DNA of 63,299 nt, filler included, from Rhabdomonas costata (GCA_019059605.1; 51 parts of 51 records of this genome joined end to end with filler, not necessarily neighbours in it); one strand, 5' to 3'; positions 1 through 11,811 are shown, counted from the whole stretch's first letter. The notes: generated by a model not told the origin, from the letters alone. A program made the numbers and translations.

Positions 1-684
1 GTTGGGGTGTTCATAGTCGAGATACTTTGGGGATCTGAAAGTCATTGTTTTGGAAAGAGTGGGGTTCGTTTGTGTTTCCAGAGAGAAGCAGGTAACTTTT
101 CTTTTTGGTGAGAACTGGGTGAGTTATTAATTTTATGAAACATAGGGTTTTCTTTGGTACCTCCAGGGACTTTCTTTTGTGCACTTGGTCCGAATCTATT
201 GTCAACGGTGGTCCCAAATGCTCGGTAATGGCAAGAGGGAGGAGAAAATATGTCTTATGCTGGCAACGCCCTCACTCCTCCCAGTTTTCCACTGTGGTGT
301 CGAGGAATTAGAGATGCACATGCCATTGTTTTCTTTGCACGTTGCCGAGGATTCTGCTGTTGTCCTGTGTGGTGGTTGTCATTTGCGAAGGGTCAGGGCC
401 GGTTCTCGATGATGAATGCAAGAGTGCAAGAGGTGCTGCTTGGTCGGGGAGGGGGCGAGCTGTGCTGGGGGATAGGCCTCTATGTTGTCCAAATTGAGAG
501 TTCGCCCGCAGCATTCAGGCTGTACATGCAGTAGCTTGACCGACCCACCCACCCTTTTCACCACTGCCACAGATCAAACAAACATACCGGAGTCTTCGGC
601 TTTGAGGGAACCCCCCCCCTCGCTCAGCGCACTTTTTTCTTTCCCTCCAGCTTCTTTTCGGTTACTTGGCTTCCCTTCTTTTCT

Positions 685-1084
685 ATGCGTGGTGCCCTTG
701 GCCCACGACTGAGCCCTTCCTGGGCCCGATCCATCGTGTCCCCGCACCGCACTCACTCCAACCTTAGGATAGCCCTTCCTGCGGCCCTCATTCTTTCCTT
801 GCTCGCCGTGGTGTGGTGGCGCCAGCATCCCGGTCTGCAGCCTTCCTTGCCTTCCCCCATCGACACACCGCTTACCAGGGTCCCACTCCACTCTGGCTCC
901 CCGACAGACCTGCGAGTGCTGCAGCTGAATCTTTGGAACGTGCACCCACCGTGGGCTGCGCGGCGGGAGCTTGTCCAGGCCTGCATTCGAGCTACCCGCC
1001 CCGATGTGGTTGCGCTTCAGGAGGTGGTGGAGTGGCCGGGGTACAACCAGCTGGAGGACCTGAAAGGCCACGGCGGTGGTCTGG
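685..1084 (+). CDS. Endonuclease/exonuclease/phosphatase (EEP) family protein, first exon, with N-terminal TM segment
   Basis: LRVLQLNLWN...RRELVQACIRATRPDVVALQEV is the EEP N-terminal signature; hydrophobic stretch upstream; probable GTGCG donor near 1085. Confidence 0.8.
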
Positions 1085-1139
1085 GTGCGACGTACTACTC
1101 TGCTAAGCTCCTAGGAGAAGGGAGGAGAGTTGTGAGAGG

Positions 1140-1239
1140 NNNNNNNNNNNNNNNNNNNNNNNNNNNNNNNNNNNNNNNNNNNNTTAATTAATTAANNNNN
1201 NNNNNNNNNNNNNNNNNNNNNNNNNNNNNNNNNNNNNNN
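1140..1239. other. Artificial contig-joining linker N44-TTAATTAATTAA-N44 (first of 50 copies, about every 1243 bp)
   Basis: Identical 100-nt spacer with stops in all six frames; flanking contigs are unrelated and about 1139-1144 bp long. Confidence 0.98.
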
Positions 1240-1267
1240 TGTGTTAGGTGTGTTTGGTGGTTGGGGT
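1240..1267 (+). other. Residual whole-genome-amplification primer plus G/T-degenerate tail
   Basis: TGTGTTAGGTGTGTTTGG matches the GenomePlex-type primer TGTGTTGGGTGTGTTTGG (recalled) at 17/18 and is followed by 10 G/T bases. Most contigs start G/T-only and end C/A-only. Confidence 0.8.
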
Positions 1268-1831
1268 ACGCCATTCTGCGGCTCAGTGGGTTCCGCAGAT
1301 ACCGGCAGGGCAGCATCAGGTCTGTGCCTCACCACCAGCACTGCCTTTTCTTCCCGCCCCCTTCTTAACAAACTTTGAAGACCAAGGCTGTCGAGACACA
1401 TATCCAAACCTTCTCACCGACCGCAGGAATTCAGGGCCAATGGAAACGGTTGCCCACCTGTTGCTGCCGTGCACATTCCACACTGGAACAAGTGCAACAT
1501 TGGGACAGTATGTCACGCTGGTTGCTGAACTTTGGTGGTCGGAACACCTTGAACCAAAAACATTCGCAAAAACATCCGCAAACTCAAGAAGTGTCCCGGA
1601 TGGACAGCAGCTCACTTATAAAGCATTTATAATATTCGGTCCGTCAGTTGCATCTAAAGGACCCTACCTCACTCCTCCCCTTTCGCGCCCGTATTTTTCT
1701 TTCAGCTGTTGGATGCTCGCCTCCATGGAATCACGTAGAGACGTAGAAATGAACGCTTCATTAAGTCGTGAGGAATGGTCCGTAGAGTCGAAAAAAAAAT
1801 ATCTAATTATCTCACTCCCCGCTGACCGCAG

Positions 1832-2016
1832 GTATTGGTATCGCGGACCCCAACGCGGAGCGGATGCTACCACTGCAGCGGGCACCCCCCTGGTCTTCCT
1901 GCACGGCTTGGGGATTGGCCTGCTGCCCTACCTGCCCATCCTGCTGCGGCTTCCGAAGACCCAGACGGCGTTTCTGGTGGAGCAGCCGTGGATGTCCATG
2001 CAGCTGCGCTACGCAG
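1832..2016 (+). CDS. Alpha/beta-hydrolase fold protein, internal exon
   Basis: PLVFLHGLGIGLLPY motif; bounded by ctgaccgcag acceptor and GTGCTT donor. Confidence 0.75.
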
Positions 2017-2130
2017 GTGCTTTTGGAGCGAGCTCGCTTTGGTGCCGCTTTTGTACACCCGATGTGGGTGCGACCTCCGCTGCGCTGGATAAAGTAGCAC
2101 GAGAGAAAAAGGATGCGGCCAAGGGGCACG

Positions 2131-2220
2131 GGTGAGTACCTGCCTGAGGGTGCAAGGACCGGCCACGCAGCGTTTCGGGAGGCCACTGTACATAGAGAAG
2201 ACCCCCGGGTCTGCTTCGGC
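2131..2220 (+). repeat. Dispersed ~90-bp repeat, copy 1
   Basis: Aligns with 26115-26203 (+). 2160-2184 is the exact reverse complement of 58112-58136. Confidence 0.8.
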
Positions 2221-2971
2221 CGTGCCCTCTAAACGGGCCTGATTCATTGGTTGGCCGCTTTCGCTTTTCCGTTCTGTTCGCTGAACTGGGAAATTTCCAC
2301 CCTTTTCAACGTTCTCTTATATTTTGGTTTTGGATGACCCTCTACCTCCGTCCTTCTCGCTCGAACTCATCCCCCCACCCCCCNNNNNNNNNNNNNNNNN
2401 NNNNNNNNNNNNNNNNNNNNNNNNNNNTTAATTAATTAANNNNNNNNNNNNNNNNNNNNNNNNNNNNNNNNNNNNNNNNNNNNGGGTGTTGTGAGGACCC
2501 CCGAGCTTGTCATGCAGCTTCTGTGGTCTCTGTCTTTTTGGCAGCCTAATGATAGTTGCACGAGGGGGCCCATGCTGGTATATCGTGATTGCCTTTGTGT
2601 GGGTAATATGTGGGTATGAGAGATACCTTTCTTAGCCATCAACTAAAGCTTCGCAACTTCTCGAGACTCCGGTCATTCTTCGCCAGGCACCTGGCCACTA
2701 TGTATCACAGAGAAGTCCTGGTTGGGGTGGGTTTGCCCTTATGCCAAGCGAAACCAGCGCTTAGACCGTCGTGTGGATTTGAGCCTATTTCGGTGCTTGA
2801 CAGTATCGTGCTAGTGATTACCCTTCGCCGAGCTCAGTGTGTGGGTGTGCGTTAGGGTTGTATCGCTGTGATGGAGTTACCGCTTTCCTTTTTTGGTTGG
2901 TTGCTAATGAATTGTTTCCATGTGGGATTTGTGTTCTTATGGGTTTTCTTCTCTTTTTTTTTTTTGCACAG

Positions 2972-3604
2972 GTTCATGAGATCCAGCTGCTGAAGTTTGG
3001 GCAGCGTATCAATCTGGAATCCCTCGAGAATGTCAGTGTGGACCGCAAGACCGAGGAGCTTAAGCTGCAGCTTCGGAAGGAAGAGCTGAAGTGGGAGGTA
3101 CGTCCCGCATTGAGAGGTTTATTAGAGATCTCGGAAGGTTGGTTTGTCCGCTGTTCTGATGTAGCCCCGTCCCCAAAATCAAGGCGACATTCAGTATGAC
3201 ATGCATGAAAGGTGCCTGTCACAATGCCGTCCAAAACCCCCTCGTGTGCGTGTGTGTGGACATGCGTTTCTTGGTCCGGATAAACGCATACCATTGATAT
3301 GTGAATATCTTTGGGATCCAACATTGTTGTTCAATGCTCCCACTCGGAGTTCATTCCGCAGTAGAGCTTGCTTGTGTTGACAAGTGGACATTGCCATTTG
3401 TGTGCACTGGGGAGAAAACGTTACATTCCCTGCGATTCACCCGCCCTCACAGGCTGAGCTCTCGAAATGGGATCAGAAGCTAGTGGAGGCCCGAGCTCGG
3501 CAGGCCGAGATAACCGGGGGAAACACACTGCTGCTGCGCAAGCTGGGCTCGCTGCGGCAGGACCAGCAGAAGCTCGAGGACGTGCTGAACCAGAGCCAGG
3601 GCAT
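2972..3604 (+). CDS. CFAP44: Cilia- and flagella-associated protein 44, C-terminal coiled coil (exons 2972-3097, 3453-~3604)
   Basis: EIQLLKFGQRINLESLENVSVDRKTEELK resembles the CFAP44 C-terminus; a GT-AG intron joins it in frame to AELSKWDQKLVEAR. Confidence 0.75.
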
Positions 3605-3864
3605 GTAACGTTTTCTCCCCACCCCCCNNNNNNNNNNNNNNNNNNNNNNNNNNNNNNNNNNNNNNNNNNNNTTAATTAATTAANNNNNNNNNNNNNNNNN
3701 NNNNNNNNNNNNNNNNNNNNNNNNNNNTTGTTTGGTTGAACTTTTTGCCTTCGAGCAGAAACTGAACGAGAAAGACTTTTTGGGGTCTTGTGAGCGATGG
3801 TTGTGATGTTGGGCAGTGGGCGGTCGGTGACCCAGTGTGGCTTGCAGTTTGGTGTTTGGCGCAG

Positions 3865-3957
3865 GTCGATGTGCTTTCGACGACAAACCGGGTGTTGCAC
3901 CTGTTCAAGTCCCTTGGGGTTGGCCGAATCCTGGTCTGTGATCGAGGCCGCTTGCAG
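3865..3957 (+). CDS. CBS-domain exon, probably CLC chloride channel CBS2
   Basis: VDVLSTTNRVLHLFKSLGVGRILVCDRGRLQ between cag and gtccgc; CLC-type LF..LG...V...GRL pattern. Confidence 0.6.
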
Positions 3958-4982
3958 GTCCGCATGTTGCCCTGCGTCGCGGGCAGTGTTTTGCAGACTG
4001 ATGCATATTTCCGTCCACTGCTTTTTCTGTTCGCTTTTCGGAGGTCAAGTCGAAGGGGAGAGAGCTGGGCCCATTTCCCAGCACGGAATGAACTGAAATT
4101 TCCCCGCGTCTTTACACAGTATCCTGAACTTCATTTCTTTCTTGGGCCCTTACATACTTCTCTCTCTTTTTGCTCCTTTTATTCTGCTCAATTCTGCAGT
4201 TCGCATCATGCCAGGGCCATCTACTGTGCTCAACTCTCAAGGAGTTGTAAAAGTTCAATAAGTTTTGCACTTCCTCCTCAAGCTGCTGAACGGGGAAATG
4301 AAATGTTTCGAAGGAAACCTCTGCTTCCCTCCCTGATTTTGGAGATTTTGTTGTGTGCAGCTGAATGGGTTCTTTCGCACAGGAAAGGGATTGTGTGCGT
4401 GATGCTTGGACACAAACATGGGACGAAACCTTCGGGTATTATAAGATTTATCCTTTCAACCATTGGAGTTCCCCTCGTGTACCAGCGGTTAGCCCCACCC
4501 CGTCGATAGCTGTGATGGTGTCCCCATCATTTAAGTTGTTTTAAGTGAAAGAGCCAGCCCGGAAGAAGGGTCGGCTCGCAAGCTGTCCAAAAGTTATCGG
4601 AGGTGGCATGAGACCAACAACGGATCGCCCCAGAGAAGAGAGAAGAGATCGCCTTCAGCGGTACAGAATAGGCATACAATCGTTGCAGGGGGAGGGTGAA
4701 ATAAGCTGCTTAGATGGCGGCGGTCGAACAATTAGCGAATATCACACAGTTACCAAAGCAATCCCCCAGGTGCATCCCAAAGTTCGAGCCGTTTGTAAGA
4801 TAAACCCGCACCAGGTTTCTTCTTTCATAGGGCGTTGTTACGAAGAAGGACCTCTTCGCATACCCCACACANNNNNNNNNNNNNNNNNNNNNNNNNNNNN
4901 NNNNNNNNNNNNNNNTTAATTAATTAANNNNNNNNNNNNNNNNNNNNNNNNNNNNNNNNNNNNNNNNNNNNGGGGGGGTTGG

Positions 4983-5007
4983 GTGTGTGTGTGTGTGTGT
5001 GTGTGTG
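4983..5007. repeat. (GT)n microsatellite; similar tracts near 43668-43690, 47792-47811 and 49856-49880
   Basis: Seen directly; usually intronic. Confidence 0.9.
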
Positions 5008-5012
5008 CACAG

Positions 5013-5267
5013 GCGCTTCGGGGGCGGAACTTCCCTGCGGAGGCTCAGCTGCTGCTGTGCAACCGCTGCAAGGGGCCAGCGGTGTGCCCGGTATGTGACG
5101 GGGACGACAGCGAGGAGGCCGGGCACCCGAGCCAGGACAAGATCAGGGTTGCCGTGAGCCGGACAACCCGCCCCAGTCGGGAGAGGAGGTATCTCAGCAC
5201 CTGCAGCGAGCCCAAGTCGGGCCGCACCGACTTTTCCTGCGTGCACCCGGAGCCCATCGCGTCATAG
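5013..5267 (+). CDS. Probable terminal exon of an unknown protein with CxxC-x4-CxxC
   Basis: cag acceptor after GT tract; GC-rich codons; CNRCKGPAVCPVC; TAG stop. Confidence 0.5.
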   Translation, partial: ALRGRNFPAEAQLLLCNRCKGPAVCPVCDGDDSEEAGHPSQDKIRVAVSRTTRPSRERRYLSTCSEPKSGRTDFSCVHPEPIAS

Positions 5268-6342
5268 GCCGCGGTGGTTGCTGGGGCAACAGCCGAACTG
5301 CGGGGTGTTAGTGCAGGTGGACCCCACCCCGGGGCCCCGTTTGCTCCATATGGTGACGGGCGAAAAGTTTGCCCCCATTGTGGTCATCAGCATTCTTTCG
5401 GAGCTTTGCTTTTTGGGTTTTCATTACATTCCTGCGCTTGCCTGCCTTTTTCTTGTCCTGCCGTGTTTCTATGTCCTGTGAGTGGTGCATGTGAACCGCC
5501 GATAGTACGTGCCATTTGGGGATAGTCTTCCCATGCTTGCCTTGCCTCTTCCCGCTCGTTTTCTTGTGAGCACACTGCTCAGAAACAGTGTGCCTCACAG
5601 TCCCCGCGTCTCGATACGCCTCCCCTAAGTTCCCTTTTTATCTTTCTTTATTGTGCTCGCGGTGGGCCACTTTTTTTGCGCTCCTTTGCAGCCTGTCGTT
5701 GCCAACCCCGTGCGCCCTTTTGAGGCCTGCATCTTGTTCCGTGTGCATATGTGCTTGTGGTCCTTTGTTGGAGTTTGAAGAACCTGCATGCACCGCGCTG
5801 CGATGCTGGCGATGACGCTGACGCTGTGCCGCCCGCTGTGCTGTCCCCTCTGATTGTGATGTCTGCTCTCCGAAGCTCAGAACTCGGCAACTCACTTTCG
5901 GGCTTTGTGCCATGCAAACACACAGCGTCGGAAATGTCCATCACCATCGCCTTTGGGTCCCTTGGAGATCCTTACACTCCCGCCTTCCCACTTCCACTGT
6001 GAGTGAACCGGAAACTGTTAAGGCTCACCCCTCCAACAAGGGTGTAAAATTGGTCTTGTTTTTTTTGTTTCCTCCACAGCTCGTTGAAAAAAACGAGCTG
6101 TGGAGAAAACAAAAANNNNNNNNNNNNNNNNNNNNNNNNNNNNNNNNNNNNNNNNNNNNTTAATTAATTAANNNNNNNNNNNNNNNNNNNNNNNNNNNNN
6201 NNNNNNNNNNNNNNNTGTTTTGGGGGACTGCGGACCTCCTCCAGGCCTCAGCAGTCCCACAAAACCCAATCGGACACACAATGAAAATCACCACAAATAA
6301 AAACACCGGAAGCGACCAACACTACATACATAAACGCACACC

Positions 6343-6564
6343 CTCCTTTGGCGTCCTTCGAAGCCTACGGACCAGGCACTCCGCGCCCGCCGGGCAGGCC
6401 AGGTGCTCTGTGCAGATCCCCAGCAGGAACAGCTGCCCTGCGGAGGTACCGGAGGGAAGCAGCGGGGGGTGCTGGGAGTGGGGGTGGCGGTGCTGGAGCA
6501 GCCCCAGGGTAGTCTCTACCTTCTCCTCAGTGGACAGACACACCCTCATCAACAACCGGATGGC
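6343..6564 (-). CDS. Probable internal exon, unknown protein
   Basis: Pyrimidine tract plus ttgcag acceptor; open GC-rich frame AIRLLMRVCLSTEEK; GTGCGT donor. Confidence 0.45.
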
Positions 6565-7456
6565 CTGCAAACAGAAGAAGAAGTAGGTGTGTGGTGGAAG
6601 AAGTTGTGGACGCACAGCGCACACCTTGTTGAATTGCAGCCTTGGTGCTCTGTTCTATGCCCTTGCCACACGGGCCACACCTTCCACACCGTTCCTCGTC
6701 AGACTACCAAGGAGTGCAACGGGTATCCAAAAAAACAACCTCAACACATCCTCCTTCACGTGGGTGTTTCTTTTCTGTCTTTACATCGAACAAACATACA
6801 CAAACACGAACAGACAGACAGAACTGTCCTTAAGTCAAAGAATAAAACGGCAAATAGAAGAAGGAGTTACCCTCTTCAACATCCGCAACCATTTGGAACG
6901 CCGCTTCCTTGGTCTTTTTCCATAGAAAGTTTAGACTGCGAGAGGGGGGAGGAGGCGATGATGGAAAGAAAAGAAAAGCTACCCCTAACCTAAGACGGGT
7001 GCTCGCGCGGAGGGTCCTACAGCTCTGTTGTCAGACGTGGGGTGCCGGCTCACCAGACAACAGGCCACGACCCTCCGCCTGCCCCACGTGTCCCAGGCTT
7101 ATGTACACAAACGCGCGAAAGAAACTCTGTGTCCTCCCCAACCTGCGCCCAACACCGGGGCGAGAAACCCTTGTCGGGGTGTGGTGCTTTTGGCGCGCCC
7201 ACTCCACTCCCACCACAGAATGCAGGGAAGAAGTGCAAAGAACCGCCCATCCTGCGGCGGCACACGCACAGCTCACCCCTGTGCACCACCCGGGCGGCCA
7301 CCACACCTCAACCCAGAGCGTTGCTGGTGAGGACACCAAGCCACCACCGGCAGGCANNNNNNNNNNNNNNNNNNNNNNNNNNNNNNNNNNNNNNNNNNNN
7401 TTAATTAATTAANNNNNNNNNNNNNNNNNNNNNNNNNNNNNNNNNNNNNNNNNNNN

Positions 7457-8496
7457 GGGTTGGTGGACCACCTTAGCTTCACCAAAGATGGCAAGGAGGT
7501 CCTCCTGGAAGAGTCCACCTTCCCGGCCCTCCAGGCCCTAGCGGAGCCTACAGTGATCGTGCACTGTGAAGAAGGGGAAGAAGGGGAGGGTCTGCAGCTC
7601 AGTGTGAAGTTCCCGTTCGAGCCCACCCCACGGGTTATCTCCGCCAAGAGCTTCGACCACCTTCTGCAGATTCTCGCCCGAGAGGTTCCCCCAGGCTTCC
7701 TGAACTTCCAGAAGCTGACCTTCATGCACAAGGGCTCGGAGCTGACAGTAGATGAGGCCATTCTGGAGGACGTGGAGGACCCGGAAACGGTGTTCAGGGT
7801 GCACTTCACCCGGGACCCTGGGGCAAAGCTGCCGACCCGGGTGTTTATTGTGGAGGATGATCCGGAGACCGAGCACAAAGTCAAGGCGCTGATGTATAAT
7901 GAGCTGGTGGATGCCTTGCAGGCGTTTGCCACGTCGGAGGGAAAGGAGCTGGAGGAGGTATTGCACCCCCTCCAGTAGCAAACATCTGTGCGATTCTGTC
8001 GACCTAAAATGCACAACGCAAAACGTTTGTGTGAGAATTAGGCTTGCGGACGCTGACAGTGCTGCAAACTGTGTGTCATTCTGCCCGTCATTGTGCGCCC
8101 TCTTACCTTTTTACCAAGGAAATGAGCATCCTCTTGAACATCTGCGGCCATGTTGGGGTTCTTCCTTGTCAGTTCTTGTAACCTTCGGTCGACCCCGTTT
8201 TCCTGTGCAGTGAGCATTCATTTCCAACCACTCGCGCGGGGTGAATTTTCAGACATTCCCCAACCTCTCAAATACAGGTCTTCTATCTCACCGACGACGA
8301 GGATCCCGAGGCCCTTCCCCTGACAGAGGAGCAGTTTTACGACCTTGGCCTGGCCACTGTGCTGGCTGTGCGACTGGTCCGCCCCAGCGTAGCCGCGGTG
8401 GACTTTATGGACGCGATGTCCCCACTGCAGATCCCCGCGAAGTCCTTCGAGGAACTCATGGGGAGCATCTCCCAGGAGTCTGAGCGACGCGGAAAG
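7457..8496 (+). CDS. Acidic protein of tandem ~75-80 aa repeats, CIDE-N/PB1-like (exons 7457-7957, 8278-8496)
   Basis: Strong coding bias; in-frame GT-AG join; recurring motif ISAKSFDHLL / VKALMYNELV / IPAKSFEELM. Confidence 0.7.
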
Positions 8497-8700
8497 GTGC
8501 CTTATTTCATTTCCATCGAAAGACCATGCCAGCATAATGGGACTAGGGTTAGTTCGGCAGCTCTGCACCCGTCCCAGCAGTGCATCTCTGCACCAAAAAC
8601 NNNNNNNNNNNNNNNNNNNNNNNNNNNNNNNNNNNNNNNNNNNNTTAATTAATTAANNNNNNNNNNNNNNNNNNNNNNNNNNNNNNNNNNNNNNNNNNNN

Positions 8701-9844
8701 GTGGTGGGGGGTGCGGCAATGGATTTAGATGCCATACGTTATGGGTACACTCCTTTATCGGGGAGTACGGTCTTTCTTACCTCTACAGAGAGAAATGTCA
8801 GCGGTGCCCCTTCCACAGTTTCCAGAGGTATGGTTAACGTAAGTGCGGTGAGGATAAGTGCAAATTTGTTCGAAATGGCGACACCGCCAACGTTAGCAGC
8901 CACAGTTCCGGCGAGTTCTGTAATGTTTTCCGCCACACCACAGCCACAATTTAATGCGACGCGTACGCCTTCTCCAGAGAGGAGGGTGACTCCATCCAGA
9001 GGAATGTTGGCGTTCAGAGGTCGAGGATACGTGGGAAGAGGAGGACGAGGTTACAGATCACCTTCACCGTCTAGAAGCGGTAGACCCAGAATTCCCTCGT
9101 TTCCCAGGAGGGGAGATGTCTCCCCGCCTCGACCCCCAAGCCCGACTTCCACAGGGAGCAGGCAGCAGTCACCTTTTCCGAGTTCAAGTTTGGAGAACGC
9201 GAAGCCGCAGGTCCCTTCAAGAGTGTGCATGTATTGTGGAAGTACGAGCCACTTTTATAGGGATTGTGAGTTGGCTAAAACGGAGTTGGTTCAGAGAAGT
9301 GTGCCGAAGGGGTCAGTTGGAGAATTTTAGAAGAGTGTAGATCAGTTAAACTAGAGGGGGCAGGAGACAGTGCCACTCCCGCCCCACCAAAGAGGCCCAC
9401 TTCGTCCACAGTCAGGACGCCAGCCAGCGCAAGAGTTGTGCAGAGAGCTCCAGGCACATTCCCGCCAAGAATTTTGCAGAGACCACCAGAGCCTGTGCTC
9501 AGATCAACCAGAGTTGATCATTTAGAGCAGCCCCGAAACCACAGCTCACGAAGAGTGACACCGGAGGCAGCCCCAGAGGAGATTCAGAGTGCCACTACAG
9601 AGGCAAGCGTGAAACAAGTTGAGAAGAAGGGGGTGACGAAGGGGGCAGAGCCTCAGACCAGTTTCCATAAGCCCGAAAGTGCACGAGCGGGCTCATGCAT
9701 GGTGTTGAAGTCTGATCCAGAGCGGAGCGGTTCCGGACGGGTTCAGAAATCTCAGAGGAGTAATAAGGAAGAGCCGGAATCGGTCCAGAGCAGACGAGAA
9801 TTGCGGGAAATGTTGTGCGGAGAACCATTAACTAATGCTGAGTT
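8701..9844 (+). mobile_element. LTR-retrotransposon-like gag 3' end with overlapping -1-frame ORF
   Basis: Intronless; R/G/S/P-rich region then CCHC knuckle CMYCGSTSHFYRDC; second ORF in the -1 frame is open to the contig end. No protease or RT motif is visible. Confidence 0.7.
9345..9385 (+). promoter_or_regulatory. Candidate -1 programmed ribosomal frameshift signal
   Basis: G_TTA_AAC in gag frame just before TAG, 5-nt spacer, stem GGGGCAGGAG (9357-9366) / CTCCCGCCCC (9376-9385) with 9/10 pairs. Confidence 0.6.
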
Positions 9845-10061
9845 NNNNNNNNNNNNNNNNNNNNNNNNNNNNNNNNNNNNNNNNNNNNTTAATTAATTAA
9901 NNNNNNNNNNNNNNNNNNNNNNNNNNNNNNNNNNNNNNNNNNNNGTTTGTGGGTGGGATACCCTTCATCCATTGGATGTACTCACGTGTGACTCGCCATC
10001 GCAAAAGTGGTGCCATCTGATTCCGCGAGGGTGTAAGCTTGTGGTGTTATGGCCAAAACAC

Positions 10062-11042
10062 CTGCAAAGTGGTCACCACCTCGTCCCACGTGGCGCAAAG
10101 CATCACGCGACCCTGCCATGCCGTCGGCCAAGTGGGGTTACTCAACAAGTCCCCGACTTGGGTCCACGTGGGGCTGAACTTCAGCAGAGCTTGCTTCATC
10201 AGCAGCGTAAGGGCACTACTTCTGCAAAGAGCAAAGAGAGGTTCGCAGTCCCGCAACCCAACCAAACCCAATCCACCCAACCCTAACCCCGAACTGCTCT
10301 CACGGAGTCATGTATGACGTGGCCAAAACGACAGCATGCAATGCAGCCGTGTGTGGGACGTGCGCACTACCACCGCAGCGTTTCCGGAGGCATCTCATGA
10401 AAAAAACCACACGCCTTCAATTCCGTCGAAGCAGAAAGACCAAAGGTCATCACGGATATGAGTGATATGAATATGATATGAATATGATATGAACATGAAT
10501 TCATTCATTCATATACATGCGAACCACGCAGAGACTCAGAGACTTGGCGCACAGCTCATGGTGTGGCAGCATTTCTCAAAACTCCGAAAAAGCTTCGGCT
10601 CAACTCTAATTTCCAATTTAGTACAAAACTCATCATTTGCACTTTATCTGAAATCTGCCCAACACCAAAACCACAGCTAACTCGCTCGAACACCTCCCCT
10701 CCCCTTTCCGGAACTCCCCGCCACAAACGTGGAGTAGGTGACGAGCGTGATCTTCTCGTTAGGGAGGTAGATGAAGGGGTTCAGCTTCGTGATCAGGGGG
10801 TGGTTCCACGTTCTCACGGTGCCGTTGAAGATCCCCACCAGGGCCTCCCGGCTCCAGCTCATCGTGACCCCAGCCGCCGTGCCCGGCACGTTGTGCACCA
10901 GCGCCGCGGCGTTGGCGAAGGCAGGGATGATCTGCACGCTGGCTTGGGCGAGCTCTGAGTTGGTCATAGCCCTCTCCACGAAGGCAAAGCTGACGCTCGG
11001 GAAGGCCGCCGTGATAGCGGTCACGGCAGCGGTGGTGCCGGT
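10062..11042 (-). CDS. PstS/PBP2-type solute-binding domain protein (exons 11042-10729, 10221-10062)
   Basis: LVGIFNGTVRTWNHPLITKLNP..LPNEKITLV is the PstS signature; phase-2 GT-AG intron joins SSALTLLMKQALLKFSPTW. Confidence 0.8.
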
Positions 11043-11811
11043 CTGTGGCAAAGCGACCCAAAGCAACCGTGTAATGTGGAGGCCAAAGNNNNNNNNNNNN
11101 NNNNNNNNNNNNNNNNNNNNNNNNNNNNNNNNTTAATTAATTAANNNNNNNNNNNNNNNNNNNNNNNNNNNNNNNNNNNNNNNNNNNNCCCCCCCCCCCA
11201 TCATTTTCGCGACAGCAGTGTCTCCGGCTTTTCTGTTTTTCCAGTTCAGTGTGTCAAACTCTTAACCATATCGGGTCTACAAAGCCTTGAACAAACCTGC
11301 CCAATTTCGTGGGCTGCACACTTGTCTCTTTCCTTTTCTGTTTTTTCTCATCGCGCTGCTTCATTCACTGGTCCTTTATCAGTGACTCTTGGTCACAGCG
11401 TGCGTGTTGATCATCTACTCTCCGCTGTTTGTTTGCCTGGAAGTTGTTGGGTTCCTGTTTTGGGGCTTTCTGAGGATGAGTGGATGTTGGAAAGTCGTGG
11501 GAATCGTGGCATCTTTTTCTGTGGTGGTTGCTCTTTCGTCTCACTCAAACGTGCACGTGAGGAGAGAAAAAGAACAAAAGGGAACATCATCAATGAAACG
11601 AACCCGCACATGACAGCAACGTAACAAAGCGTCACCTCGAAGTCCTTTGTTCCTTGCTCCCGTGTTTTCGTTATGTGGTACTGTGCGCCTCGAATGCTCT
11701 TTTGAATCTCCTCACTCGCTTTTCGCATTTACGCTGATGTGCTTTGTGCCAGACGTTGGAATCTGGATATTTTTGGGTGCTTTCAGATGCAATTCGGTGC
11801 GCATTGCTCAG

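Noticed and set aside
1248-2135. Long ORFs in the supplied track (for example 1248-2135, 3790-4509, 12478-13182, 18656-19390, 55886-56671) as genes
   Set aside because: They read through introns or lie antisense to real exons; only short AG/GT-bounded parts show protein motifs.
10255-10292. Telomeric repeat (CCCTAA)
   Set aside because: One unit within a C/A-rich intron tract; no array.
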